DNA from: an uncultured Eubacteriales bacterium
GTDB lineage: Bacteria > Actinomycetota > Coriobacteriia > Anaerosomatales > JAAXUF01
Assembly (NCBI GenBank): GCA_964541225.1
Contig: CAZIPN010000004.1
Location: 24,382-88,381, forward strand
Reading direction: 5' to 3'
Length of the DNA stretch: 64,000 nt
Of the stretch, positions 11,166 through 20,120 are shown one piece after another. A program made the translations under genes and the position numbers. The notes under the pieces were generated by a model that saw only the letters and a list, made by a program, of their open reading frames with translations, was not told the origin of the DNA and searched no databases. Every line of letters starts with the position of its first letter. Position 1 is the stretch's first letter.

Positions 11166-11587
11166 AGGAGATCACCGCCATCATCCGCCGAGACAAACTG
11201 CACGTCACGAAGGAAGCACTGGCCGATCTCGGGCTACCGTCGCTGTCCATCCAGAGCGTGGAAGGTCGCGGCAAGCAGCGCGGCGACGTCGCGTGTTCGC
11301 TGCAGGACATGGACGAGGACGGCCGAACGTGCAACACGACTGTCGTCCCGCTTCTTCCGACGCCATCCGAGTACGCGCTCGAGCACACGCTGCCCAAGGT
11401 GCTTCTCTATGTGCCAAAGCGTCTGCTGACGATCATCGTCGATGACGCCGACGTGCCCCAAGTCGTTGAGACTCTCATCAAGGTGAACCAGACCGGGCAG
11501 CCGGGTGACGGCAAGATCTTCGTCTCGGCGATTGAAGAGGCCACCCGCATTCGCACCGGCGAGCTCGGCGCAGAGGCGGTGGCGTGA
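11162..11587 (+). CDS. nifI2: PII-family nitrogenase regulator NifI2 (extended T-loop)
   Basis: 141 aa PII with a ~30 aa insertion in the T-loop region. Ends GDGKIFVSAIEEATRIRTGE. GTGA overlap with nifI1. Confidence 0.85.
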   Translation: MKEITAIIRRDKLHVTKEALADLGLPSLSIQSVEGRGKQRGDVACSLQDMDEDGRTCNTTVVPLLPTPSEYALEHTLPKVLLYVPKRLLTIIVDDADVPQVVETLIKVNQTGQPGDGKIFVSAIEEATRIRTGELGAEAVA

Positions 11588-11588
11588 G

Positions 11589-11858
11589 ATGACTACCGCC
11601 CTGACCCGAGACGGCCGAGAGTGGGTTCCGGCCTATCTGCTCTCGATCGACTACGACAGCTGCATCGGCTGCGGGCGCTGCTACAAGGTATGCGGCCAGT
11701 CGGTGATGGCACCCATGGAAAAGCCGATCGACGACGATGACGACGAAGACGAGGAATGTGCCACGACGGTGATGAGTGTTGCCGACGCGGGTGCGTGCAT
11801 CGGCTGTGGCGCGTGCGCTCGCGTGTGTGCTCGCGGCGCACACAGCTACGTGGCGTAG
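11589..11858 (+). CDS. 2x[4Fe-4S] ferredoxin (nif-associated, ferredoxin III-like)
   Basis: 89 aa. CIGCGRCYKVC and CIGCGACARVC are separated by an acidic insertion (DDDDDEDEE). The ATG lies 2 nt after the nifI2 stop. Confidence 0.8.
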   Translation: MTTALTRDGREWVPAYLLSIDYDSCIGCGRCYKVCGQSVMAPMEKPIDDDDDEDEECATTVMSVADAGACIGCGACARVCARGAHSYVA

Positions 11859-11984
11859 CGCGAGCCTGTGACCAGCGGCGACGGCATTCGGACCGCTCAC
11901 AGAAACGCGCTCGCCGTTCCCGGAGCAACGCTCAACGCTACGCTCCGGAACCTGTACGCTTGTTCCAGCCGAGGAGGACGAACC

Positions 11985-12899
11985 ATGGACAGCATATCGG
12001 CCACGGCGTGCAGCTCGAAGGCCAACGAGCGCTTGGTGATGGCCACGCATCCGTGCTTCTCGGCGGACGCGCACCGCACGACCGGGCGCATTCACCTGCC
12101 GGTTGCGCCTGAGTGCAATATCCAGTGCGGCTACTGCGTGCGCAAGTACGACTGTGTGAACGAGTCGCGTCCCGGTGTTGCGAGCATCGTGCTCACGCCC
12201 GAGCAGGCGCTTGAGCGGGTGCGCGCGGTTGTCGAACGGGGCGGGACGCGGATCGCCGCGGTTGGCATCGCGGGTCCAGGCGAGCCGCTCGCCAACGAGG
12301 CGACGTTTGAGACGCTCGGTCTCGTTCGCCGAGAGTACCCCGAGGCGATTCTGTGCGTGTCCACCAACGGCCTTGCGCTTTCAGATCGCATAGCCGATCT
12401 CGTGGCCGTAGGCGTGCGCAGCCTGACCGTCACCATCAACGCCGTGATGCCCGAGACCGCCGAGGCGATCTATGCGTGGGTGGGCGGGCCTGGCGGCGAG
12501 CGACTCAAGGGCGAAGACGCGGCGCGACATCTTCTCGAGCGTCAATGGCAGGGGCTGGCTCAGGCGGTCGCCGCCGGTCTCGTGGTGAAGGTGAACTCGG
12601 TGCTGATTCCGGGCGTTAATGAGGACGAATTGCCGGCGATTGCGATGTTCGCGCACGAGCGCGGCGCGCATCTGTCCAATGTTCTCCCGCTCATCGCGCA
12701 GGGGAGGTTTCGTGCAGTGGTGCCGCCGACAGTGGCGCAAATCCACGCAATCCGCGACGCTTGTGGGGAGTACCTGCCGCAGATGACGCACTGCAATCAG
12801 TGCCGGGCGGATGCTTGCGGGTTGATCGGCAAGGATCGTGACATGGAGACAGAGACCCTTTTTGCTCGGCTCGGAGACGAATACTGCGAGGCGGTGTAG
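11985..12899 (+). CDS. nifB: radical SAM FeMo-cofactor biosynthesis protein NifB (SAM domain only)
   Basis: 304 aa from the ATG preceded by GAGGAGGAC. HPCFS, the radical-SAM motif CNIQCGYCVRKYDC and GIAGPGEPL are present. There is no C-terminal NifX-like domain. The upstream extension in the ORF track lacks an SD. Confidence 0.9.
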   Translation: MDSISATACSSKANERLVMATHPCFSADAHRTTGRIHLPVAPECNIQCGYCVRKYDCVNESRPGVASIVLTPEQALERVRAVVERGGTRIAAVGIAGPGEPLANEATFETLGLVRREYPEAILCVSTNGLALSDRIADLVAVGVRSLTVTINAVMPETAEAIYAWVGGPGGERLKGEDAARHLLERQWQGLAQAVAAGLVVKVNSVLIPGVNEDELPAIAMFAHERGAHLSNVLPLIAQGRFRAVVPPTVAQIHAIRDACGEYLPQMTHCNQCRADACGLIGKDRDMETETLFARLGDEYCEAV

Positions 12900-12901
12900 G
12901 G

Positions 12902-13741
12902 ATGAGGCGAACTGCGGGGATCGCTCGCGTCGCGCGAATGGCGATGATGCTCGGCGCGACACTCAGCGCGCTCGCGCTTGCGATGCTCGCCGCCGGGTGC
13001 GTCGCGTCGCACAACAGCACGACGGCACCGTCTCCGGCGCACGGCGCTCCCGTCGAACTCAACATCTCGGCGGCCGCCACACTCAAGAGCGTGCTCACGA
13101 GCGTCGCACCGGCGTTCGAGAGAACCAACGGCGTCAAGCTTGTCATCAACTACGGGGCTTCCGGCGTGCTCATGAAGCAGATCGAGGCGGGGGCGCCAGC
13201 CGACGTCTTCCTTTCGGCGAGTCCGGTACAGATCGACGCTCTGACTGCCGAGAGGATCATATCCGCCGACACAACCATGACGTTTGCCGGCAACGATCTC
13301 GTGATTCTCGTGGCCAAAGGCAATCCCAAGGGCATTCACGGGCCGGCGGATCTCGCGAACGCGGTCAAGCTCACGACAGGGGATCCCGCTACCGCCCCGC
13401 ATGGCACCAAGGCCAAGGAGTGGCTGACCGGTCTCGGGCTTTGGGACACACTGCTGCCGAAGTTCGTCTACGCCGCAAATGCGGCGCAGACCGACGATTT
13501 CGTGGCTCGCGGAGAAGTTGACGCAGGCATAGGCTTTGCAAGTGATGCAAAGGGGCGTTCGGACATCGAGGTTGCCTACACTGTCCCCGCAGGCCAGATC
13601 AAGCCGGTGAGGTACGTTGCGGCGCCGATCGAGGGGACCTCTCAAGCCGAGCTTGCCAGTCAGTTTGTGACGTATATGCTTTCACCTGAGGTTCAGTCAG
13701 CCCTCGTCAAGGCCGGTTTCAAGGCGGCTCCAGCGAAATAG
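12902..13741 (+). CDS. modA: molybdate ABC transporter substrate-binding lipoprotein
   Basis: 279 aa. Lipobox LAAGC. ModA-like NYGASG and GDP.TAPHG patterns. Followed by modB/modC. Confidence 0.85.
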   Translation: MRRTAGIARVARMAMMLGATLSALALAMLAAGCVASHNSTTAPSPAHGAPVELNISAAATLKSVLTSVAPAFERTNGVKLVINYGASGVLMKQIEAGAPADVFLSASPVQIDALTAERIISADTTMTFAGNDLVILVAKGNPKGIHGPADLANAVKLTTGDPATAPHGTKAKEWLTGLGLWDTLLPKFVYAANAAQTDDFVARGEVDAGIGFASDAKGRSDIEVAYTVPAGQIKPVRYVAAPIEGTSQAELASQFVTYMLSPEVQSALVKAGFKAAPAK

Positions 13742-13808
13742 GGCTGGTGCCGACGGGATCGATCCGGCATCGAATGCGGCAGTCTCGCCCAGCGAGAGGA
13801 GGTGCACC

Positions 13809-14486
13809 GTGGACATGTCGACCATAGCGTTTCCGCTGCGGCTCTCGTTGCAGGTCGCGGGCGTCTCCACGGTGTTCGTGGCGCTGATCGGCGTGCCGCT
13901 CGCGTACGTGCTTGCCACAAAGAAGTTCCCCGGCAAGCAGGTCGCCGATGTCGCGGTGATGCTGCCGATGGTCTTGCCGCCGATCGTCACCGGCTACTAC
14001 CTGCTGCTCATCATCGGCAAGAACGGCCTCTTCGGGCATTTCATGCAGGCGGTCACGGGCACAGCCGTTGGGCTGACATTCACGTGGCAAGCGGCGGCGA
14101 TCGCGTCGTTCGCGATATCGCTTCCTCTCGGCGTGACGACCGCGCGCGCGGCGATCTCGGCAGTTGATCCCGCTCACGGAGACGCGTCGCGCACGCTCGG
14201 ACGCTCGGAGATCGAGACTGCGCTGTTCGTGGTGATCCCACTTGCAGCTCGCGGCATCATCGCTGGGCTCGCGCTGTCGTTCGCTCGCGCGGTGGGTGAG
14301 TTCGGCGCCACCATCATGGTGGCTGGCAACATTCCTGGGCGCACGAATACCATGGCGCTCGAGGTCTACAACGCTGTCATCTACGGCGATTGGCGAACGG
14401 CGACCATGCTGGTTGTCGTGTTCACCGTCGTGTCCGCTGTCGTTCTGCTCGGCGCGACGAAACTCAGCGCGGCGGTCGTGCAATGA
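13809..14486 (+). CDS. modB: molybdate ABC transporter permease
   Basis: 225 aa, about 5 TM. ABC permease EAA-like loop (ASRTLGRSEIE). ATGA overlap with modC. Confidence 0.85.
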   Translation: MDMSTIAFPLRLSLQVAGVSTVFVALIGVPLAYVLATKKFPGKQVADVAVMLPMVLPPIVTGYYLLLIIGKNGLFGHFMQAVTGTAVGLTFTWQAAAIASFAISLPLGVTTARAAISAVDPAHGDASRTLGRSEIETALFVVIPLAARGIIAGLALSFARAVGEFGATIMVAGNIPGRTNTMALEVYNAVIYGDWRTATMLVVVFTVVSAVVLLGATKLSAAVVQ

Positions 14487-15271
14487 GCGCACTCTCGGTG
14501 ACATTGCGCAAGAAGCTGCCTGGTTTCGACCTCGACGTCGGATGGGCCGTGCGCGATGGCTTCACGGTGCTCTTTGGCTATTCGGGCGCGGGCAAGTCGC
14601 TGACGCTATCGATGATCGCAGGAACGCTGCGCCCGGATGAGGGCCGCGTCGTCCTCGGCGGCGAGAGTCTGTGCGACACGCGCGCTGGAGTCTGGGTGCC
14701 TGCGCAGAAGCGACGCATCGGCTACGTGTCGCAGGGCTCACAGCTCTTCCCGCACATGACGGTGGTCGGCAACGTCGAGTACGCGCTCAAGTCCACCCCA
14801 CGTAAGGAGCGTCGCCCCCGCGCGACGGAGCTGCTCGAACGGTTGCGGGTTGTCGAACTTGCCGACAAACGCCCGCACGAGCTGTCCGGCGGTCAGAAGC
14901 AGCGGTGCGCGCTCGCGCGGGCCTTGGCGCTCGAACCCCAGGCACTCTTGCTCGATGAGCCACTCTCTGCACTTGACCTGCCGATTCGCGTGGAGATGCG
15001 CGAGCTGCTGCGCGCGGTCCAGCGCGACACAGGTGTTCCCTTCGTGATGGTCACGCACGACTTGGTCGAGGCGTGCACGCTTGCCGACACGCTCGTGGTC
15101 TACTCAGGAACGGGTGCTGTTCAGGTCGGTTCGCCTGCAGAACTCGTGGGCAATCCCGCAACGCCAGAGATACGCAAGCTCCTGCACGCGATGGAAGTAC
15201 CGGAGGCCGTGTTCGATCAGGCACGCGCCCCCCGGCTCGTCACATCCCGCCGAGAGGAACACGTCGCATGA
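14483..15271 (+). CDS. modC: molybdate ABC transporter ATP-binding protein (no C-terminal TOBE/Mop domain)
   Basis: 262 aa from the ATG overlapping the modB stop. Walker A GYSGAGKS, signature LSGGQKQRCALARAL, Walker B LLLDEP. Confidence 0.85.
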   Translation: MSALSVTLRKKLPGFDLDVGWAVRDGFTVLFGYSGAGKSLTLSMIAGTLRPDEGRVVLGGESLCDTRAGVWVPAQKRRIGYVSQGSQLFPHMTVVGNVEYALKSTPRKERRPRATELLERLRVVELADKRPHELSGGQKQRCALARALALEPQALLLDEPLSALDLPIRVEMRELLRAVQRDTGVPFVMVTHDLVEACTLADTLVVYSGTGAVQVGSPAELVGNPATPEIRKLLHAMEVPEAVFDQARAPRLVTSRREEHVA

Positions 15272-15477
15272 AGCTCTCAGCCAGAAACCAGCTTGCCGGT
15301 ACGGTCGCTTCCGTAACGCGCGGTCCCGTGACCTCGCTCGTCAAGATCGACATTGGGGGCGGTCAGCACATCGGCGCGACACTCACGACCGAGGCCGCCG
15401 ACGAACTCAATCTGACCGCTGGCACATCTGTGACTGCCGTGTTCAAAGCGAGTGCGGTTATCATCGGGGTGGAGTAG
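15268..15477 (+). CDS. mop: molybdopterin-binding (Mop/TOBE, molbindin) protein
   Basis: 69 aa. MKLSARNQLAGTV...IDIGGG is the classic Mop signature. ATGA overlap with the modC stop. Confidence 0.8.
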   Translation: MKLSARNQLAGTVASVTRGPVTSLVKIDIGGGQHIGATLTTEAADELNLTAGTSVTAVFKASAVIIGVE

Positions 15478-15565
15478 GCGTCGTCTGCGGGTAGCAGCGC
15501 TTGCGCGGCCGCCGGAGGCCACTCCGTACCGCGTCGGTGTCGGCGACAATCGCAGGAGCAAGAAG

Positions 15566-16033
15566 ATGTCTGTAGCTCTCACGCCTATCGGCGTGATCCA
15601 CACCCCGTTCGCCACGAAGCAAGACGCGCCCATTCAAGGTGCGTTTCACCCCGAGCACGAAGGCACGGTCGAGGTTCTTCCCGAGTTCGAAGAGGGACTC
15701 TACGACATCGACGGATTCTCGCACCTGTTCCTCATCTATCAGTTCGATCGGGCGATTGAGGCGCAGATGCGACGGCCGACGTTTCTCAGCGACGAGGAGC
15801 ACGGGCTGTTCGCCACCCGACATCCCGCACGACCAAACCCGATCGGGCTCACGGTTGTGCGACTGCTCGCCCGCGAGGGCACGCGCTTGACCGTCGGCGG
15901 CATCGACGTGCTCGATGGGACCCCGCTCTTCGACATCAAGCCATACATCCCGCGCTTCGACTGTTTCCCCGACGCCACTGAGGGCTGGTTCGCGGGCGTG
16001 ACCAACCGGCCAAAGCCCCCCGGACGCGAGTAG
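15566..16033 (+). CDS. TsaA/TrmO-like SAM-dependent methyltransferase (UPF0066)
   Basis: 155 aa. PIGVIHTPF..., FSHLFLIYQFD, HPARPNPIGLTVVRL and DGTPLFDIKPYIP are family hallmarks. Confidence 0.75.
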   Translation: MSVALTPIGVIHTPFATKQDAPIQGAFHPEHEGTVEVLPEFEEGLYDIDGFSHLFLIYQFDRAIEAQMRRPTFLSDEEHGLFATRHPARPNPIGLTVVRLLAREGTRLTVGGIDVLDGTPLFDIKPYIPRFDCFPDATEGWFAGVTNRPKPPGRE

Positions 16034-16281
16034 TAGACACGACGAAGCCCCGCTGCGGAGGGGGTGGTCGCCTCGGGGCTCCGTTGCGAATGGGGGGCAG
16101 ATGAGACCGGTGTACATCTGCGCCAGGGGGATTGGCTAATCACATCCCATTCGCTATCGCTAGGACTTGCCCTGACCGGGCAGTGAAGAAACGCATGGCC
16201 CGTGCTATTGGACGGGAGGAGCAACATCTTCGACCAGCGGATACAATTGGTGTACGAGCGCGTGTCGGAGGGGTGGGTGCG

Positions 16282-16968
16282 ATGGCTATCGTTGACAGGC
16301 AGCACTACGCGTTGCAGACAATCTTCTCCTTTTTCTTGGGTCTGATGGTGCTTGCGTTCATCGGCGTGGGGGTGAATACCTTCTACCAATCGCCCGAGGA
16401 ACGGCTCCAGCCGCAGCAGACCAAGATCGAGCGCCAAATGGATGCGATCAACACCAAGACCGACAACCGCAGTCTCACTGCTACCGAGCAGGCGCAGATG
16501 GACACGCTGACCACGCAACAGAATCGACTGCAGGACGAGGTCGACGCCGACATGAAGACGTGGGCGCGCAATACGAGCATCGTCCTGGTGATCTTCGCGA
16601 CGCTGGTTCTCGTGATTTCTCTTATCCGAAGCGATCAGCTACGCGTTCTGTCCAACGGGCTGCTGCTGGGCGGCTTGTTCACGATGCTGTACGGCACCGG
16701 CTGGGTGATCTTCAGCGGCAACTCGGTGGCGCGGTTTGTTGTGATCGCGTTCGCGCTTGTGGTCGCGATTGGCCTGGGCTACGTGAAGTTCGTCTGGCAG
16801 CGCGCGAGCAAGGCACCTGCCGAGAGCCCCGCGAGTGCGCAGGGAGTGGCGCCTGCCCAGGAGTCGGCCGCCTATGCCGAGCTGACTGCGCGCGTGGCAG
16901 CGCTCGAGGAGCGGGCCACCGCCGCCGCGTCGGCGCTCGGTGGGGGACAGCCACCCAAGCCGCAGTAG
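16282..16968 (+). CDS. hypothetical membrane protein (4 predicted TM, Q-rich loop, C-terminal coiled coil)
   Basis: 228 aa from the ATG preceded by GGAGGGG. Hydrophobic segments are clear. No known motif. Confidence 0.5.
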   Translation: MAIVDRQHYALQTIFSFFLGLMVLAFIGVGVNTFYQSPEERLQPQQTKIERQMDAINTKTDNRSLTATEQAQMDTLTTQQNRLQDEVDADMKTWARNTSIVLVIFATLVLVISLIRSDQLRVLSNGLLLGGLFTMLYGTGWVIFSGNSVARFVVIAFALVVAIGLGYVKFVWQRASKAPAESPASAQGVAPAQESAAYAELTARVAALEERATAAASALGGGQPPKPQ

Positions 16969-16998
16969 CGTGCCGCGGCGTTGTTGGCCGTTGGCGAG

Positions 16999-18531
16999 TC
17001 AGCCGGCCTCGAGGTCGTACTTGCGCACCTTGTAGCCGAGCTGTCGAGCGGTCACGCCAAGTTCCCTCGCGGCTTTGGCTTGCACATACGCGTGTCTGCG
17101 TAGTGCGCTGACGATCCGCCGCCGCTCGAGCGCCTCGACTTCGTCTTCGAGCGACATGCCCGCAGTATCTGACTCAGGAAGATCGTGCATGAGGAGGTGC
17201 ATCGGCAGGTCACTCGGCTGGATCACGTCGTCATCCGCGAGCACGACGAGCCGCTGGATCGTGTTCTCCAGCTCGCGAATATTGCCTGGCCACGGATAGT
17301 GCAGCAGCAGCCGCAGTGTCTCTGGCGCCAGCGTCACGACGCGCCCGGCGAGCTGGCTGAAGCGCTCGAGGAAGTGCTCGACGAGCAGCACGATGTCTTC
17401 TCGGCGGTCGCGCAACGCCGGCAAGAAGACGGGCACGACGTTGAGGCGCCAGTACAGGTCCTCGCGGAAGTCGCCGGCCTTGGTCATCTGCTCGAGATCG
17501 CGGTTAGTTGCCGAGACGATGCGTGCGTCGGTGGTCAGCGTCTTGGTGCCGCCCAGTCGCTCGAATGTTCGCTCCTGCAGCACGCGCAGCAGCTTGGCCT
17601 GCAATGCCGGCGACACGTCACCTACCTCGTCGAGGAAGATGGTGCCCCCGCGGGCCAGCTCGAAGCGACCTTGCTTGCTCGCAACGGCGCCGGTGAATGC
17701 GCCTTTCTCGTAGCCGAACAGCTCAGCCTCTAGCAGGTTTTCCGGAAGTGCGGCGCAGTTGATCGCGATGAACGGTCCCTTCGCGCGCAACCCCTGGTAG
17801 TGCAGCGCGTGCGCGATCAGTTCCTTGCCGGTGCCGCTTTCTCCGCGCAATAGCACGGTGGCCTGCGACGCCGCGACCTTGGCGACGACGCGAAAGACCT
17901 CTTGCATCGCATCGGAGTCGCCAATGATGTTGGGCAGTGAGTACCGTCCGCGCAACTCTCGGCGCAGGCTCTCGCGCTTCTCGACCTCGCTCTGATACGT
18001 CCAGTAGAGCCGCACAGCATGGGCGATGATCGATGCGACGATCTCGAGCACACGCACGTCCTCGTCGAGAGCGACCTTCTCGTCGCCGAACACGCGGTCT
18101 GCCGAGAGCACGCCGAGCACCTCGCCGCGCAGCACGATTGGCACGCTGATGAAGGCGATGTCGGCGCGAGCCGGTCGCGACTCGGTGCGGTTCAGGAACA
18201 GGGGTTCCTCTCCGATGTTGGGCACGACCATCGTCTTGCCGCTGCTCACCACCCGGCCCACCACGCCCTCGCCGACGCGGTAGATGCCGCGCGCGATCTC
18301 GGCCCGGGTCAGACCGTGAGCCGCAGCAATACGCAGTTCTCGCGTCTGGGGGTGCACGAGCGCCACGGTGCCACGTTTCAGGTCGAGGCCCTCGGAGAGC
18401 ACTCGCATCGTCTTGCGCAGGTTCCTGTCTATGTCGAAGCTCGAGACCATCGTTTGGCTGACTTGCAGCAGAGCGGCAAGCTCGTCGATGCGAGGGGACG
18501 ATTCGACGTGGGATGTCTTCTTCGGCGTCAT
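16999..18531 (-). CDS. nifA: sigma54-dependent transcriptional activator, NifA-like (GAF - AAA+ - Fis-type HTH)
   Basis: 510 aa. N-terminal GAF. Walker A GESGTGKE, sigma54-contact loop EKGAFTGA, GNIRELEN. C-terminal HTH AKAARELGVTARQLGYKVRKY. Confidence 0.85.
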   Translation of the reverse strand: MTPKKTSHVESSPRIDELAALLQVSQTMVSSFDIDRNLRKTMRVLSEGLDLKRGTVALVHPQTRELRIAAAHGLTRAEIARGIYRVGEGVVGRVVSSGKTMVVPNIGEEPLFLNRTESRPARADIAFISVPIVLRGEVLGVLSADRVFGDEKVALDEDVRVLEIVASIIAHAVRLYWTYQSEVEKRESLRRELRGRYSLPNIIGDSDAMQEVFRVVAKVAASQATVLLRGESGTGKELIAHALHYQGLRAKGPFIAINCAALPENLLEAELFGYEKGAFTGAVASKQGRFELARGGTIFLDEVGDVSPALQAKLLRVLQERTFERLGGTKTLTTDARIVSATNRDLEQMTKAGDFREDLYWRLNVVPVFLPALRDRREDIVLLVEHFLERFSQLAGRVVTLAPETLRLLLHYPWPGNIRELENTIQRLVVLADDDVIQPSDLPMHLLMHDLPESDTAGMSLEDEVEALERRRIVSALRRHAYVQAKAARELGVTARQLGYKVRKYDLEAG

Positions 18532-18741
18532 GGCAATGAGTCAACCACGGTCTTGTTTCGAGTGAATGGCCAAGCCGTTTCGAGTTGGCGTTTGCCGAAG
18601 GGTGGACAGGAGCCAGCCGAATAACGCCGCATGCCCTGCCGCATGCGGACGTTCGCACACGAACTCAGCACGGCGTTCACGCCGCGTTCACGGCATCAGG
18701 CGATACCTAGGGGAGTATCCGCATCGGCATTGGAGAGAGCC

Positions 18742-19977
18742 ATGTCTGATGACACGAGGAAGACCCTCGCCTCGCCAAGGGGCACGCGGCCCCCTTCGAC
18801 TGTCCACTCGCGGCGCACATCACGGCGCGTGCGGCTTGTGGTGCTCGGCGTCGTCCTGGCAGCTATCACCGGCCTTGGAATTGCGCACCAGCAGGGAGTG
18901 CCGGTCACGGGTGTGGATGCTCTGTGTCCGTTTGGCGGGCTCGAGAGCCTATGGTCTCTGATCACTGCGGGAACGTTGGTCCAGCGTATTGCAGTGTCGA
19001 GTGTGATCCTGTTGATCGGCGTGATCGCGGTCGCCGTCGTCTTTCGCCGGGCTTTCTGCGGCTACGTGTGTCCGCTGGGCGCTCTACAGGAGTTCTTTGG
19101 GATGCTCGGGCGTCGGCTGTTTGGCAAGCAGCGTCCTCACGTTCCAGTCGCAATCGATCGCGTCGCGCGCTATCTCAAGTACGTCGTGCTCGTGGGCTTC
19201 ACGGTCTGGACCTGGCAGGCGGCCACCCTCGTCCTGCGCCCCTACGACCCCTGGGTTGCCTACATGCACCTGACATCTGCGGAACTGTTTGCCGAGTTCG
19301 CTGTCGGCGTAGCGGTGCTGGCTGTGTCGCTGGTCGGCTCGCTTGTCTACGAGCGATTCTTCTGCAAGTACGCGTGTCCCATGGGTGCGTTCCTCGGCAT
19401 CATCTCTCCTGTGTCCATCTTCAAGGTTCGGCGTGACGAGAGTGTGTGCACCTCATGCGGGTCGTGCGACGCGTCGTGCCCGGTGAACGTGAAGGTGTCC
19501 ACCGTCGCGACCGTCAACGATCCGGAGTGCATCAACTGCAACGAGTGCGTGAACGCTTGTCCCACCAAGGGAGCGTTGAGCGTCTCGGCTCCCGGTCCCG
19601 CAGCATCGCGCCGCAGCCTGAAGCCGAACGCAGTGCTGCTCGGCACGGGCGCGATACTTGGTCTGCTCATCCTGGCCACCACCGCCAGTGGCTCGTTCGC
19701 GTGGACCGTCCCAAACGCCCAGAAGGCGCTTCGCGGGGGTGTGTCGGGCACCTCGACGCAGACGATCAACGCAGAGGAGATTCGTGGCTCGATGACGTTT
19801 GCCGAGGTATCCAAGACCACCGGTATTCCGGCGTCTGCGTTCGAGAAACGCTTTGGGATCACCGACGCAGAGATGGACATGCCCATGAAGGACCTGGCTG
19901 AGGCACACGGCTTCGATGTGCACACCGACGTGCGGGAGTGGGTCGAGGGACAATTGGGCGCTCAACCAGCGAAGTAG
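18742..19977 (+). CDS. NapH/MauN-family membrane iron-sulfur protein with an extra C-terminal soluble domain
   Basis: Two CX3CP motifs (FCGYVCPLG, FCKYACPMG) and two 4Fe-4S motifs (CTSCGSCDASCP, CINCNECVNACP). Several TM segments. ATG preceded by GGAGAGAG. Confidence 0.7.
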   Translation: MSDDTRKTLASPRGTRPPSTVHSRRTSRRVRLVVLGVVLAAITGLGIAHQQGVPVTGVDALCPFGGLESLWSLITAGTLVQRIAVSSVILLIGVIAVAVVFRRAFCGYVCPLGALQEFFGMLGRRLFGKQRPHVPVAIDRVARYLKYVVLVGFTVWTWQAATLVLRPYDPWVAYMHLTSAELFAEFAVGVAVLAVSLVGSLVYERFFCKYACPMGAFLGIISPVSIFKVRRDESVCTSCGSCDASCPVNVKVSTVATVNDPECINCNECVNACPTKGALSVSAPGPAASRRSLKPNAVLLGTGAILGLLILATTASGSFAWTVPNAQKALRGGVSGTSTQTINAEEIRGSMTFAEVSKTTGIPASAFEKRFGITDAEMDMPMKDLAEAHGFDVHTDVREWVEGQLGAQPAK

Positions 19978-20035
19978 GTGCCCCTTCGATGCACGGCTTT
20001 GTGGCCGCCGCCGCTCCCCAGGACTATTCTTGTTG

Positions 20036-20060
20036 TGGCTGCACCCGTGCGAAGTGCAGC
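20036..20060. terminator. hairpin between convergent genes (candidate bidirectional terminator)
   Basis: GGCTGCAC-9 nt-GTGCAGCC, a perfect 8-bp stem. It lies between the 19977 (+) and 20121 (-) gene ends. No clear U-tract. Confidence 0.4.
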
Positions 20061-20120
20061 CGACAAGTAGGCTTCCCGGCCTGACCCCGGTGACAACCGG
20101 ATCTGAGTGCGTGACAGAAC

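Noticed and set aside
11947-11966. Possible second sigma54-like element GGAACCTGTACGCTTG upstream of nifB.
   Set aside because: The GG-to-GC spacing is 9 nt rather than 10 and there is no TGGCAC/TTGC context. It is better described as part of a small inverted repeat (GGAAC...GTTCC).
16034-16281. 248-nt spacer after the TrmO-like gene with several hairpins (AGCCCCG...CGGGGCT at 16046-16080, GCAGATG...CATCTGC at about 16100-16126), considered as a riboswitch or sRNA.
   Set aside because: The stems are short with large loops. I could not match any known riboswitch core (Moco, SAM, TPP and others). It is most simply a terminator/promoter region.
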